Shown here: positions 1-12,910 of the stretch, piece after piece
Position numbering within the stretch: the first letter of the stretch is position 1
Layout: the number at the start of each line of letters is the position of its first letter
NCBI RefSeq assembly: GCF_963921235.1
Contig: NC_086109.1
Coordinates: 15,564,001-15,628,000, forward strand
DNA length: 64,000 nucleotides
From: Mobula hypostoma
Lineage: Eukaryota
Direction of reading: 5' to 3'
Position numbers and translations under genes: made by a program
Notes under the pieces: generated by a model
Database searches by the model: none
Told to the model about the DNA's origin: nothing
Seen by the model: only the letters and a program-made list of their open reading frames with translations

Positions 1-39
1 GCGATGCGGGCTCGTTGGACAAGAAGGGCCTGTTACCAT

Positions 40-630
40 CACAAACGAGAGAAAATCTCAGATGCTGGAAATCCAAGCAACACACACACACACAAAATGC
101 TGGAGGACACAGCAGGGCCACCTACTGCCACGATGAGGCCACACTTGGGTTGGAGGAGCGACACCTTATATTCCGTTCTGGGTAGCTTCCAACCTGATGG
201 CATGAATATTGATTTCTCGAATTTCCAGTAATGCCTCCCACCCTCTCCCTTCACTATTCCCCATTCCCATTTCCCTCTCTCACGTTATCTCCTTACCTGC
301 CCATCACCTCCCCCGGTTCTCCTCTCCCTTCCCTTTCTTCCGTGGCCTTCTATCCTCTCCTATCAGATTCCCCCTTCTCCAACCCTTTATCTCTTTCACT
401 AATTGACTTCCTAGCTCTTTACTTCACCACTAACCCCCCCCCCCCACGGTTTTACCTATCACCTATTACTTCGTATTTCTTCCTCCCCCCTCCCCCCCCC
501 CACTTTCTTACTCTGACTTCTCATCTTGTTTCTCCAGGTCTGATGAAGGGTCTCGGCCTGAAATGCCGACTGTTTACGTTTTCACACAGATGCTGCCTGG
601 CCTGCTGAGTTCCTCCAGCATTTTATGTAC
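40..630. mobile_element. Penelope-like (PLE) fold-back fragment: short minus-strand 3' terminus joined to a plus-strand GIY-YIG C-terminus/pLTR with degenerate hammerhead
   Basis: ORF 4..231 ends VLGSFQPDGMNIDFSNFQ (PLE GIY-YIG C-terminal motif); CTGATGA-AGGGTCTCGGCCT-GAAA at 540-563; direct repeat CCTGTTACCAT at 29-39 and 635-645 (TSD) inside a SINE tail. Confidence 0.8.
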
Positions 631-1221
631 GGGACCTGTTACCATGCTGTACCTCTAAATAAAATTCAATAAAGTAAATAAACAAACAAATAAATAAAAG
701 CTTTGTAGGGGAAGTTTCCTCAGAAAGGAGAAGCAATATATAATTTGCTGCCAGACTAATGGCCAGACATATCTTTAAATTTAAAATTTGAAAGCTGAAT
801 AGCTTTGCAATAACCCTTGCCAATGTGTCTCACCTCATTCTCAGAAGCAATGAGTTCAAGTCCTTCTGATAAGACATTAATCTCAGGGCTTGTCAGTCTG
901 AAATACACAGAAGACTCTTTGCCACTATTTTACAGAGGGGAAGATAGTTATGCCCAAGGCTTTAGCCCATGTATATCCTTCGGTTAACATTTGTATATCA
1001 GATTATTTTGTCAGTGTCAACACAGAATCTTGTTGTGTACTGAAAATTGGCTCTACACTTTCATATATTACAGCATTGGCTGCAATATTTATTGCTCTGT
1101 AAAGAAAAATCTGAACTATTCTGAGGCTGACAAAGGCACTGAGTGGAAATGCACAAGTTTCTGAAAAAGGAGAGTATTTCAGATATTCTTAGCTGGAAGA
1201 CTTTACCTTGAGTACATAGAG

Positions 1222-1510
1222 ACATGGCTATAAGCAGCATTGGGGTCCCACAGGGGACTGTACTGGCTGCCTTCCTGTTCACCCTGTATACCTCGGACTT
1301 TAGATACCACACTGAGTCATGTCATCTGCAGAAAATCTCTGATGACTCAGCAATAGTTGGGTGTATAAAAGGAGGCTGGGAGGATGAATACAGGGCCCTT
1401 GTCAAATGGTGCAAGCTGAATCATCTGCAGCTCAACATCAGTAAGACAAAGGAGATGGTGATGGACTTTAGGAAGACTAAGCCAGCACTGCTCCTTGTAA
1501 CTATTGATGG
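1222..1510 (+). pseudogene. Rex1/Babar-like LINE reverse transcriptase fragment
   Basis: GVPQGTVL..FLFTLYTSD..LQKISDDSAIVG..LNISKTKEMVMDFRK RT motifs in ORF 1224..1577. Confidence 0.8.
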
Positions 1511-1530
1511 TTTGTCTGTTGCCCGGTGTA

Positions 1531-2058
1531 CACTCAGTGGCCACTTTATTCAATACACCTGGTCACCAGCTCATTAATGCAAATATCTAATCAGCCAGTC
1601 ATGGTGGGAACAACTCAATGCATAAAAGCACGCAGACATGGTCAGGTGGTTCAGTCATTGTTTGGATCAAACTTCAGAATGGGGAAGAAATGTGGTCGAA
1701 GAATGAAAGTTCAGTGGCTTGAGTACCTCAGAACTGCTGATCTCCTGAGATTTTCATGCACAACAATTTCTAGAGTTTACAGAGAATGGTGTGCAAAACA
1801 AAGGAAACATCCAATGAGTGGCAGTTCTGTGGGTGAAAATGCCCTTTAAACGAGAGAGGTCAGAGGAGAATGGCCAGACTGGTTCAAGCTGACAGGAAGA
1901 TGAAAGTAACTCAAATAACCACGTGTGAAAAAGAGCATTACTGAATGCACATTTCAAATCTTGAAGTGGATGGGCTGTAGCAACAGAAGACCATGAACAT
2001 ACCCTCTGTGGCTACTTTATTAGGTACTGGAGGTATCTAATAAAGTGACCAAGGAGTG
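1531..2058 (+). mobile_element. Non-autonomous Tc1-like element (MITE)
   Basis: TA-flanked TIRs CACTCAGTGGCCACTTTATT / AATAAAGTGACCAAGGAGTG; internal Tc1 HTH remnant TADLLRFSCTTISRVYREW. Confidence 0.8.
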
Positions 2059-2284
2059 TAACTTGATCTGAATTCTACATTATTGGACATTTTATGAAGT
2101 TATGGTCATGTCTCAAACAAGAGTCAGTTACCTCTCTGTGCTCAGTTTTATAAGACATGCTAAGTTTTCTTAAATGGGATTAATATATGATCTCCATAAA
2201 CAATTAGAAAACTTTAAAGCCCAAGGCCATTCAGCCCATTAAAGCTCATTCTTTTAGAATATCAAAAAATGCACTTTGAATAAT

Positions 2285-2825
2285 TCAAAATTCTAAGTAA
2301 ATTTATTATCAAGGTATATATATGTCATCATATACAACCCTGAGATTCATATTTTTGTTGGCATTCTCAATAAATCTATGAAAGACTGCCCAACTTGGAC
2401 GTTCAACTAGAGTGCAGAAGACAACAAACTGCACAAATACAAAATGAGGATATAATAATAATATATAAATAAGCAATAAATATCAAGATCATGAGATGAA
2501 GAGTCCTTGAAAGTGAGTTCATTGTTTGTGGGAACGTTTCAATGATGGGGCATGTGAAGTTGAGTTATGTTATCCCCTCTGGATCAAAGCCTGATGGTTG
2601 AGGGGTAATAACTGTTCCTGAACCTGGTGGTGTGAGTCCTGTGGCTACTGTACCTTCTTCCTGATGGCAGCAGCGAGAAGAGAACATGACTTGGCTGGCG
2701 GGGGGGTCCCTGATGATGGATGCTGCTTTCCTGCAACAGCGTTTCATATAGATGTGCTCAATGGTTGGGAGGGCTTTACCTGTGATGAACTGGACCATAT
2801 CCACTACCCCCTGTAGGATTTTGTG
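2285..2825 (-). mobile_element. Rex1/Babar-like LINE 3' fragment
   Basis: ORF 2565..2849 RKAASIIRDP motif; 3' tail shared with many copies in the window. Confidence 0.65.
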
Positions 2826-4824
2826 TACATAGCCACTATTAATTAGCATGGTGAGTTATTTGAAATATTCATCACTTTGAGTAAAATGTTTCTCTTTCTG
2901 GCCCTGTTTTATGTTACCTTAGCATGCATTTACATTTATCTTCCAGAACTTTGTTTTCATGGCTTACTTTGAAGAATTACAGTGACTTTGCCTTATCTAC
3001 ACCAATTAATTTTTTACCAGTTCTTCTTCCATGCATTGCTCATAAATTTAAATGCATTTTACTCCAGCTGCTGATGGATGTCACTGTGGATTACAGCCAA
3101 AAAGTGCCCTTGCTCATTCCCACTCTCTTTAAATCTTCCTTCTTACGACAGTCTAATGTTATTTCCATGCAAAATGACTCCTCTTCATTGTGAATATTTT
3201 CTATCTGCATTTCATCTAATGTTGCTTTCTATTTGTGTGCTTTCTTTGCCAATTCCAGAAATAATTATGTAATGTTAAGAATCAGCTGAAGATATATGCT
3301 CCCTTAATGTTATTTAATTATGTTTCTTGCAAGCTCTTGAATGTGTATTTCTCTTACATTACAGTTCTTATATTGCAAGAGGCAGTAATTAGTTTAGACC
3401 AAGAGCTGATTTAAATGAACTGATGCGCAGTGAAGCTATTTCAGTGGGAGATGCACCACTGGAATTGAAAGTATCTAGAAAGTTTGGGTCTTATTGCCAA
3501 ACACAGGCATGGGACCGGGATTAGCTGTGAACCCCTGTGGGTAAATGGGGGCAAGTAACTGGAAAAGTTACATAATACATGTGAACAGTTCCTGACACCC
3601 AATTTGGAAGCATTATCTCACAGGTAAGTTAATCTCACTTAGCATTAGAGTCACAGAACACTACAGCACAGATACAGTCCCTTCAGCCCATCTAGTCCAT
3701 GCCAAAGTGTTATTCTGCCCAGTCCCATTTAGTAGTTCTCCTTATTTACTGTCCAACTTTTTGAAAATTAAGTCTGTGCCCTTTCTGCTGCCAGTGGAAG
3801 CTATTTCTCTCCTATTTACACAATTCCCTTGCAATTTTGAATCCTACTGTGAATCCCCATTTATAGAGTCACAGAGCACGACATCACAGATACAGAACTT
3901 TGGCCCATCTAATCTGTTCTGTAGTCCCATCAACCCCCACCTGGATTGTAGCCCTGCATATCCCTCCCATCCATGTACTTTCAGCATCTGCAGACTTTCT
4001 CCTGTTTATCCTAAACCCAATACTACGACTTAAGAAGCCAATGTGCAAGAGTACTCTGAACAACCCTATTTACATGTGATGCCATTTTCAAAGAGTTATT
4101 GATCTGTATTCCCAGATTCCTCTGTTCTACCGCTCTCCCATATCCTTACAGAATCATCCTTTTCCGATCGTGTATTAGACACTTGCTTAGGAATCCCTAG
4201 TATGTTGAATCACATAGGGAGGACAGATACAGTTGGTACATAGGCAGGGAATCTGGGAGTTCTTGTTATTGACTTTAGAACCCATGAAGTCTCTTAGCAT
4301 TAAGTCAAACATAGCAAGGAAACTACCTGACCAACAATTGTCCTCCACTAGCTGATGAATCAGTAATCTTCCATGTTCAATAGCATTTCAAAGTTGAAAG
4401 TTCAAAGTAAATTTATTACCAAAGTATATACATGTCACCATATACTACCATGAGATTCATGTTCATGTTCTTGCAGTCATTCACAAAGAAATACAATCTA
4501 ATAAATGAAAATATACACACAAAAAGAGGCAAACTCTACAAATACAAATAACAAATAAATAAATAATACTGAGAACATGAGTTGGAGAGACCTGGACAGT
4601 GAGTCCAGAGGTTGTGGAATCTGGTCAGAGTTGACGTAATTGGAAGTCAAAGCACCATCCATTAAAACTGGCAAGGGGCAGGATGCAAATGCTAAAGGTA
4701 AGTCTGAAACATTCACGATCATGTTAAACCAAAATTACCCGTTGGATAATCCAGCCCAGCTTCCTTCTGAGATCTGCTCTATCACAGAAGCCGCTCTTCC
4801 CACAATCTGATTCAAAGAAAGATA

Positions 4825-5130
4825 AAGATTCGCTTTATTTGTCACATGTACTAAGTGAAATGTGCTGTCTCCATCAAATCGAATCAGCGCGGATTGTGCT
4901 GGACCGCCCGCAAGTGTCGCCACGCTCCCAGCAGCAACAGAGCGTGCCCGTATCTCACTAACCCTAACCTTTGGAATGTGGGAGGAAATCGGGGCACCTG
5001 GAGGAAACCTATGTGGTCATGGAGGATAATGTACGTACTAACTCCTTACAAGCAGCATTGCAAGGTGAACCCTGATCATACAGCTGGCTTTTTATGGCAG
5101 TTATGTTAACTGCTGTGCTACTGTGGTGTC
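4825..5130 (-). mobile_element. tRNA-derived V-domain-like SINE
   Basis: Minus strand carries TTTCCTCCCACATTCCAAAG core and ACATGTGACAAATAAAG tail; relatives at ~32385-32610, 37485-37775, 44240-44545. Confidence 0.65.
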
Positions 5131-6423
5131 CATGACCTTCACTCTACATGAATACAAAAAAATAGCTGAAAATAGTAACATTTACAGGACTAGGTATGGA
5201 CCTACTGAAGAACTATGCACAGCCTAGCCAACCTGCTCATGATCTCTATCTCATGACACTTACCCTTCATCAGCAAAGATTGCCTATGCACATCGTGCCC
5301 AATTGCCACCAACCATTCTACTCTCAACCATCAGCAAAATGATGTACAATGTCAGCAACAGAGCTTCCAAGGGATATTCACAGTCCAATAACCTGCTCAG
5401 TTTGGGTTTTGCTCGCTCCAGATCTCATCTCAGCCTTGATCCAAACTTCAATCAAAGAGCTGAGTTCCTGAATAGAAGACCTACAATAACACCAAAGCAG
5501 TATTTGATCAATGGACATCAAAGTCAAAACACTCCAATGACTGTGGTTGTAGCTTATACAAATGAAGATATAGGAGGGAGATTGAATGGTGTCACAGCAC
5601 AACCTCTCACTCAACATCAGCAAAACCAATGAACTGTCTGTTAACCACAGGAGGAAGAAGCCGGTGATCTATGAGACAATCTTCACTAGAAGAGTGGAGA
5701 TGGAGAGAGTGAGTAGTTATAAATTCCTTGATGCTAACATATCTGTCCTGGGGCCAGCATGTAAATGTCAACACAAAGAAGGCATGATAGCATCTCTACT
5801 TCCTTAGAAGTTTGCACAGATTTGGTATGTCACTAAAAACCTCCAAAAAATTATTGATGCCCAGTGGAGATTGTCCTTTCCTTTCTGGTTGCATCACAGC
5901 CTGTTATATGGAAGTACGAATGCTCTGGGACAGAAAGGGTTAAAGTGGTGGATCCAGCCCAGTCCATCCAGGCAAAGCTCGCTCCACCATTGAGTATAAG
6001 AAGTCACAAGAAAGCAGCATCCATTATTACAGAACCCCATTATCAAGGCCATGCCCTCTTCTGGCTACTGAAATTGGGCAGGAGATACAGAAGCCTTAGG
6101 TCCCACACCACCAGCCTCAGGAATAGTTATTAGCTTACGACCATCAGGCTCTTGAACTGGTATGGGTAACTTTATTCATCAGTACTCTGAACAGATTCTA
6201 CAATCTACAGACTCACTGTCAAGGACAGTGAGATGTGGCAGTCTTGGGGGAACTCCCCTCTCCCGCAGAGTCACATCTGCCAGAAGTGCATACGGCTGGG
6301 CGATCTGGAAGACCGTGTAAGGAATCTGGAGCAGCAGCTGGATGACCTTCGACTCATAAGGCAGTCATAGCTGAGAGCTACAGGGAGACAGTCACACCTA
6401 GGCTGTCGGAAGCAGGTCGTTGG

Positions 6424-7128
6424 GTGACAGTCAGAGGGGGGAAAGCGAAGGTGAGCAGACAGGTAGTGCAGAGCAGCCCTGTAGCGATTCCCCTGAATAA
6501 TAAGTTTACCATCCTGGAAACTGTTGGTGGGGACGACCGACCGGGTGTGTGCCACGGTGGCAGGGCCTCCGGCACTGAGTCTGACCCTGTGGTGCAGAAG
6601 GGTGGGACGGAGAAGAGGAGAACTGTCGTCATTGGAGACTCTATAGTCAGGGGAGCAGACAGGAGATTTTGTGGACGTGAGAAGGACACCCGCATGGTTT
6701 GTTGCCTCCCGGGTGCCAGGGTCCGGGATGTCTCTGACCGGGTGCATGACATCCTGGTACAAGAGGGAAAGCAACCAGAAGTCGTGATACATGTTGGGAC
6801 CAACAACATAGGCAGGAAGAGGGATGAGGTCCTGAAGTGTGAGTTTCGGGAATTAGGCACAAGGCTGAAGAACAGGACCTCAAGGGTGACGTTCTCAGGA
6901 TTGCTGCCAGTGCTATGTAACAGAGATGGTAAGAATTGGAGGAGATGGCAATTGAATGCGTGGCTCAGGAGTTGGTGCAGGGAGCAGGGTTTTAGATTTT
7001 TAAATCATTGGGATCTCTTCTGGGGAAGGTGGGACCTGTACAGATTGGATGGGTTGCACCTGAACTCGAGGGGGAGCAATATCCTTGCAGGTAGGTTTGC
7101 TAGCATGGTTCGGGAGGGTTTAAACTAA
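6424..7128 (+). pseudogene. CR1-clade LINE ORF1, SGNH/GDSL esterase domain
   Basis: GDSIVRG, CCLPGARV, HVGTNN and DGLHLN blocks; CxxC plus leucine-zipper remnant just upstream (~6270-6360). Confidence 0.9.
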
Positions 7129-7163
7129 TTTGCGAGGGGAATGGGACCCAGAGCAATAGAGCA

Positions 7164-8040
7164 GTGAAAGAAGTGCATGGAGTAAAGCCAGATCTAACAT
7201 ACAGAGAGGGTTTGAGGAAAGAGAAGCAGAATAAATGGTGTAAAGACAGTAAGGTAGAAGAGCTGAAATGTGTGTACCTCAATGCAAGAAGCATCAGGAA
7301 CAAAGGTGATGAACTGAGAGCTTGGATACATACATGGAATTATGATGTAGTGGCCATTACAGAGACTAGGCTGGCACCAGGGCAGGAATGGATTCTCAAT
7401 ATTCCTGGATTTCAGTGCTTTAAAAGGGATAGAGAGGGTGGAAAAAGGGGAGGAGGGGTGGCATTACTGGTCAGGGATACTATTACAGCTACAGAAAGGG
7501 TGGGTAATGTAGCAGGATCCTCTTTTGAGTCAATATGGGTGGAAGTCAGGAACAGGAAGGGAGCAGTTACTCTACTGGGGGTATTCTATAGGCCCCCTGG
7601 TAGCAGCAGAGATACAGAGGAGCAGATTGGGAGGCAGATTTTGGAAAGGTGCAAAAATAACAGGGTTGTTATCATGGGTGACTTCAACTTCCCTAATATT
7701 GATTGGCACCTGATTAGTTCCAAGGGTTTAGATGGGGCAGAGTTTGTTAAGTGTGTCCAGGATGGATTCCTGTCACAGAATGTGGACAGGCCGACCAGGG
7801 AGAATGTCATACTAGATCTAGTACCAGGTAATGAACCGGGTCAGGTCACAGATCTCTCAGTGGGTGAGCATCCGGGGGACAGTGACCACCGCTCCCTGGC
7901 CTTTATAATTATCATGGAAAAGGACAGAATCAAAGAGGACAGGAAAATTTTTAATTGGGGAAAGGCAAATTATGAGGATATAAGGCTAGAACTTGCGGGT
8001 GTGAATTGGGATGATGTTTTTGCAGGGAAATGTACTATGG
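7164..8040 (+). pseudogene. CR1-clade LINE ORF2 APE endonuclease, 3'-truncated
   Basis: YLNARSIRNK, AITET, RGGGVALL, YRPP, MGDFN, LDL and SDH motifs. Confidence 0.9.
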
Positions 8041-8499
8041 ACACTGTACAACTTATGTTCTCAGCATCGTTTTATTTGCAGTTTGTCTTCTTTTTCTATT
8101 TTACACAATGATGTCTGTCAATCTTTGTTCATTTTTTTTTGGAAAATTCCATCGTATTTTTTTTTCCTGGTAAATGCCTGCAGGAAAATAAATCTCAAAG
8201 TAGTATATATATTTTGATAATAAATTTACTTTGTATTTTTTGAACTTTGAAATGAAATTGTCTGTGGTTGTTGGAGGTAATTTTTTTTCTTGCCCAGGGC
8301 AACTCTGGTGTAATTCCTCCTAGCAGTATTCCAGGCATAAACATCTACAACCACTTCATCAATGACATTTCTTTCCATCTAAAAATTAGATCTGAGGACG
8401 TTCGTAGTTGTGTAATTCAGTTGCAGCAAATCAAGCATGCAGTTAAATGTAGGCATAGATTGGGAAGTTACATTCATGCTAAAGAAGTACCAAGCAGTG

Positions 8500-9005
8500 A
8501 CCATCATAGGAAAGATGTGGAAGCTTTAGAGAGGGTGCAGAGGAGATTTACTGGGACTCTGCTTGGACTAGAGGGCATGTCTTATGAAGAAAGATTGGGT
8601 GAGCTAGGACTTTTCTCTTTGGAGTGAAGAAGGATGAGAGGTGACTTGATAGAGTTGTACACGATAATACGAGGCTTAGATTGAATGCATAGACAGAGAC
8701 CTGTTCCCAAGACAGAAATGGCTAATACCAGTGAGGACAACTTTAAGGTGATTGCAAGAAAGTACAGGAGGGGAAGTCAGAGGAAAGTTCTTCACACATG
8801 GAGTGGTGGGTGTATGGAACAATTTGCCAGGGGTGCTGGTAGGGGAATTTAAGGAACTCTTAGATAGGCACGTGGACGAAAGAAGAATGGAGGGTTATGT
8901 AAGGTAGAATGGTTAAATTAATCTTTGTGTACATTAATAGGTTGACATAACATCATGGGCCAAAGGTCCTGTATTGTGCTGTAATGATCTATGTTCTATG
9001 TTCTA
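8500..9005 (+). mobile_element. CR1 LINE 3' fragment
   Basis: KDVEALERVQRRFT..GMSYEERL.ELGLFSLE; (CTATGTT)n tail at ~8989-9006. Confidence 0.8.
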
Positions 9006-9068
9006 TCTCTACAAGCCATCCTCAGGAACAACAGAACAACAGCAACAAAACAAAGCATATAATCATAT

Positions 9069-9750
9069 GATTAGATTAGATTATGAGGACATTCAGTCCT
9101 CATTTATTGTCATTTAGAAATGCATGCATTAAAAAATGTTCCTCCAGAATGATATCACAAAAAAAACAGGACAAACCAAGACTAAAGCTGACAAAACCAC
9201 ATAGTTATAACATACAGTTACAACAATGCAAAGCAATACCATAATTTGATAAAGAGCAGACCATGGGCATGGTAATAAAAAAGTCTCAAAACCCGATCGA
9301 CTCATCATCTAACGCAGGCGGCAGAAGGGAGAAACCCTCCCTGCCATGAACCTCCAAGCACCATCAACTTGCCGATGCATTGGAAGCACCTGACTGCAGC
9401 CAACTCTGAGTCCATCCGAAAACTTCAATCCTCTGACCAGCCCCTCCAATACAGCTTCTCTGAGTGCCATCCTCTGCCGAGCGCTTTGGCCCCACCCTGG
9501 CCGCCAAGCAACAAGCAAAGCTGAGGACTCCGGGCCTTCTCCTCCAGAGATTTCGGACCACACAGTAGCAGTAGCAGCGAAGCAGGCACTTCAGAAGTTT
9601 CTCCAGATGTTCCTCCGTGCTCGCACGTCCGTCTCCATCAAATCAGGATTGTGCACGGCACCCTACTTGACAAATAACAGGCATCACCACCGGAGTGGCC
9701 GCTGTTAGCTGCGTCGCGCCACCATCTTCTCCTCCTACCCGAATGATGAC
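9069..9750 (-). mobile_element. TSD-flanked non-autonomous LINE-derived element
   Basis: TAATCATAT direct repeat at 9060-9068 and 9751-9759; AAGATGGTGGCG near the 5' end; AATAAA and (TAATC)n tail. Confidence 0.55.
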
Positions 9751-11228
9751 TAATCATATAAGTCGATCTTCATCAGTCAGCATCTCGTTAACCCAGACAT
9801 GTGGTGATGAACTCCCCATTGATAGAGGGTTTTGAAGAACACAGCAAAAATATTCCCTGGTTTTTTCCAGCATGCCATACTCACTGCATACATCTCAGAT
9901 TACCAGCATACCACATTCCCCAATGAAATTCCCTGAAATAAATCTACTCACTTTACATTTCAACGTGTCAATAGAAACTGATTTCACCATTTTGCAAAGT
10001 ATATCAAATGCTCACCCATTCAAAGAAATAACTTTGCAGAGATTAATTTTGAACTTATCTTGTTTGGGACACACTTCGGATCCCAGGCTCTGTAGCTCTG
10101 GACATGATGATATAGCTTGTCATGTTCTACACTATCTTGTTCTGACTACATGCCCCAGCATAATATGCACCCTTTATTAATTTCAGAGCATTTGCTGTGC
10201 ATTTAAATTTGTGTTTGCTATGATCTGCTTTCTATTTGAATGCTCATCACTGTATTTGTGACATTCCCCGTGGGTGAATATGTTTTAAAGGTAATACTTA
10301 ATCATCCGGCAGAAGACATGGAAGCCTGAAAGCTGGCTCAAGGACAGCTTCCAGCTCTCTGTTCATAGACTATGAAATCGTTCCCTAGTTTGATAAATTG
10401 GACCTCAAAAATCTACCCCATACGATTGCACTGCACTTTCTCTGTAGCTGTTCTACTTTATTTTGCATTGTTACTGTTTAACCTTGTTGTAGCTTAATGC
10501 ACAGTGCAATAATTTGATCTGTACACAAGACAAGCTTTTCACTGTATCTTGGTACATACAGCAATAATAAACCAATACCAATAACTCTGGGAAGAGATTA
10601 GATCTGAAGCAAAGCCTCAGAGAAATGAATTTGAAAGCATTAAATAAAATTTTTGCTTTCTCTTCATTTTCTTCTCACATTTAAGTTCCTTCATAGCAAA
10701 TGCTGTTTTATCAGCAGTTAGGATTGACCAATGGGGAGAGTGTTCGCTGGAAGCAAATGTGTTTTATCGGTTACACGTAGTCTTTCCAATTTCGTGGATT
10801 GGTTTCATTTACTTCAGGGCACTGGAGAATTTATCAGTGGTTGTTTTTACCCTGATCTTTTCCCCTGCTCAGGACCTTCGTAGCTGGTGAGGGATTGTGG
10901 TGATGAGTTGGGGGAATACTGGGACCTTTTATTGTTAGAGAACTCGGTGAACGCGGGAAAGGTAAGAAGGTGAAGGCTACTGTGAGCATGGTTCAAGCTT
11001 GCTGGATCCCAAGGTCTTTCTTGCATGTTAATATTTGTACAAGCATGAAGTGTTGTATAACATTTTAATTTCATTGTGCCAACCCAAATGTAACATAGAC
11101 ACAAAATACTTTCCCGTGTTCTCTATGACACTTGGTCTATTTAATAGAACACAGAACAACATAGCAGCAGAGGAAAAGGCTCTTCCATCCATGATATCAG
11201 CGCTCAATAGAATGCTGAAGTAAATTAA

Positions 11229-12596
11229 CGCACACAAAATGCTGCAGGAACTCACCAGTCCAGGCAGCATCTGTGGAAAAGAGAACAGTCAACGTTTTGG
11301 GCTGAGACCCTTCATCAGGACTGGAAACAAAAAGATGAGGAATCAGAGAAAGAAGGTGGGGGGGGGGGAGGGGAGGAGGAAACACAAGGTGATAGGTGAG
11401 ACCGGGAGAGAGAAGGGGTGAAGTAAAGAGCTGGGATGTCGATTGGTGAAAGAGATACAGGGCTGGAGAAGGGGGAATCTGATAGGAGAGGACAGTAGGC
11501 CATGGAAGGAAGAAAAGGGTGAGGAGCACCAGAGGGAGGTGATGGGCAGGTAATGAGATAAGGCGAGAGAGGGGAATGGGAATGGGGAATGGTGAATGGG
11601 GGGCATTACTATATGCTTGAGCAATCAATGTTCATGCCATCAGGTTGGAAGCTACCCAGATGGAATATAAGGTGTTGCCCGTCCAACCTGAGTGTGGCTT
11701 CATCGTGACAGTAGAGGAGGCCGTGGACTGAAATGTCAGAACGGGAATGGGAAGTGAAATTAAAATGGATGGCCACCGGGAGATCCCACATTTCTGGCAG
11801 GCGGAGCGTAGCAGCTTGGCAAAGCAGTCTCCAGATCACTGAAATATAGGAGACCACACTGAGAGCAGTATATGACCCCAACAGACTCACAGGTGAAGTG
11901 TCATCTCACCTGGAAGGACTGTTTGGAGCCTTGAATGGTAGTGATGGAGGAGTTGTAGGGGCAGGTGTAGCACTTGTTCTACTTGCAAGGGTATGTGCCG
12001 GGAGGGAGATCAGAGTGGGGAAGGACAAATGGACAAGGGATCCACGTAGAGATCTCTCAGTGGCCAACTATGCTCCATCCATGAGAAAAAGCAGGATCTC
12101 CCAGTGGCCACCCATTTTTATTTCACTTCCCATTCCCACTCCGACATGTCAATCCATGGTCTCCTCTACTGTTGCAATGAGGCCACACTCAGGTTGGAGG
12201 AGCAACAATTTATATTCTGTCTGGGTAGCTTTCAACCTGAAGGCATGAGCATCGATTTCTTGAACCTCTGGTAATGTTTCCCCACAACCCCCCCCCCCCA
12301 CGACCCCTTCACCACTCTCCATTCCCCTTTCTCACCTTATCTCCTTAACCTGCTCATCAACTCCCTCTGGTGCTCCTCCCCTTTTACTTCCTTCCATGGC
12401 CTTCTGTCCTGTCCTATTAGATTCCCTGTTCTCCTGCCCTGTATCTCTTTCATCTATCAAATTCCCAGCTCTTTACTTCACCCCTCCCCCACTCCCTGTT
12501 TTACCTATCACCTTGTGTTTTTCCCTCCCTTCTCCCACCTTCTTACTCTGGCTCCTCTTCTTTTTTTCTCTCAGTCCCGATGAAGGGTCTTGACCC
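11229..12596. mobile_element. Large fold-back Penelope-like element: minus-strand arm (~11229-12050) and plus-strand arm (~12050-12596)
   Basis: GIY-YIG C-terminus (LPVAIHFN..HLIFHLGSFQPDGMNID) in ORF 11609..11890 and its inverted copy in ORF 11898..12248; hammerhead remnants at 11286-11323 (-) and 12572-12596 (+). Confidence 0.8.
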
Positions 12597-12910
12597 TCCG
12601 CTAGCCTGCAGGTCACTCTTGGGCAAGGTGTAGCACCTGCCTAGCCCCAATTAGGGTCGTGTGAAGCCATGAGAGCAAGCGGTGGATGGCCGTACAAGCA
12701 GCTGGTGCATATCACGTCTTGGTTATGTGCCCACTGACGCTAGGCAGACAAGTTCTGAAGAGTATTGATAATGGCTGATGTCATCCATCTTGTAAAGAGA
12801 CCGCCCAGAAGAAGGCAACGGCAAACTACTTCAGTAGAAAATATTGCCATGGTCATGGAAAATCCATGATCGCCCACATCATACGACACGGCACATAACC
12901 AGCGAATGAT
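12594..12910 (+). mobile_element. SINE-like repeat with RTE/BovB-like motif
   Basis: GAAGAAGGCAACGGCAAACTACTTC resembles the BovB/Bov-A motif; minus-strand copies at ~24135-25350 (split) and ~52605-52960. Confidence 0.55.

Larger units (their letters stand above)
5520..8250 (+). mobile_element. Degraded Rex1/Babar-like LINE 3' part, interrupted by the CR1 fragment at 6228-8038
   Basis: NLSLNISKTNEL and KKAASII..P..GHALF..L..GRRYRSL motifs; tail resumes after 8043. Confidence 0.65.

Noticed and set aside
6271..6860. Antisense ORFs of 160-176 aa (also 28813-29343)
   Set aside because: Shadow frames of CR1 ORF1
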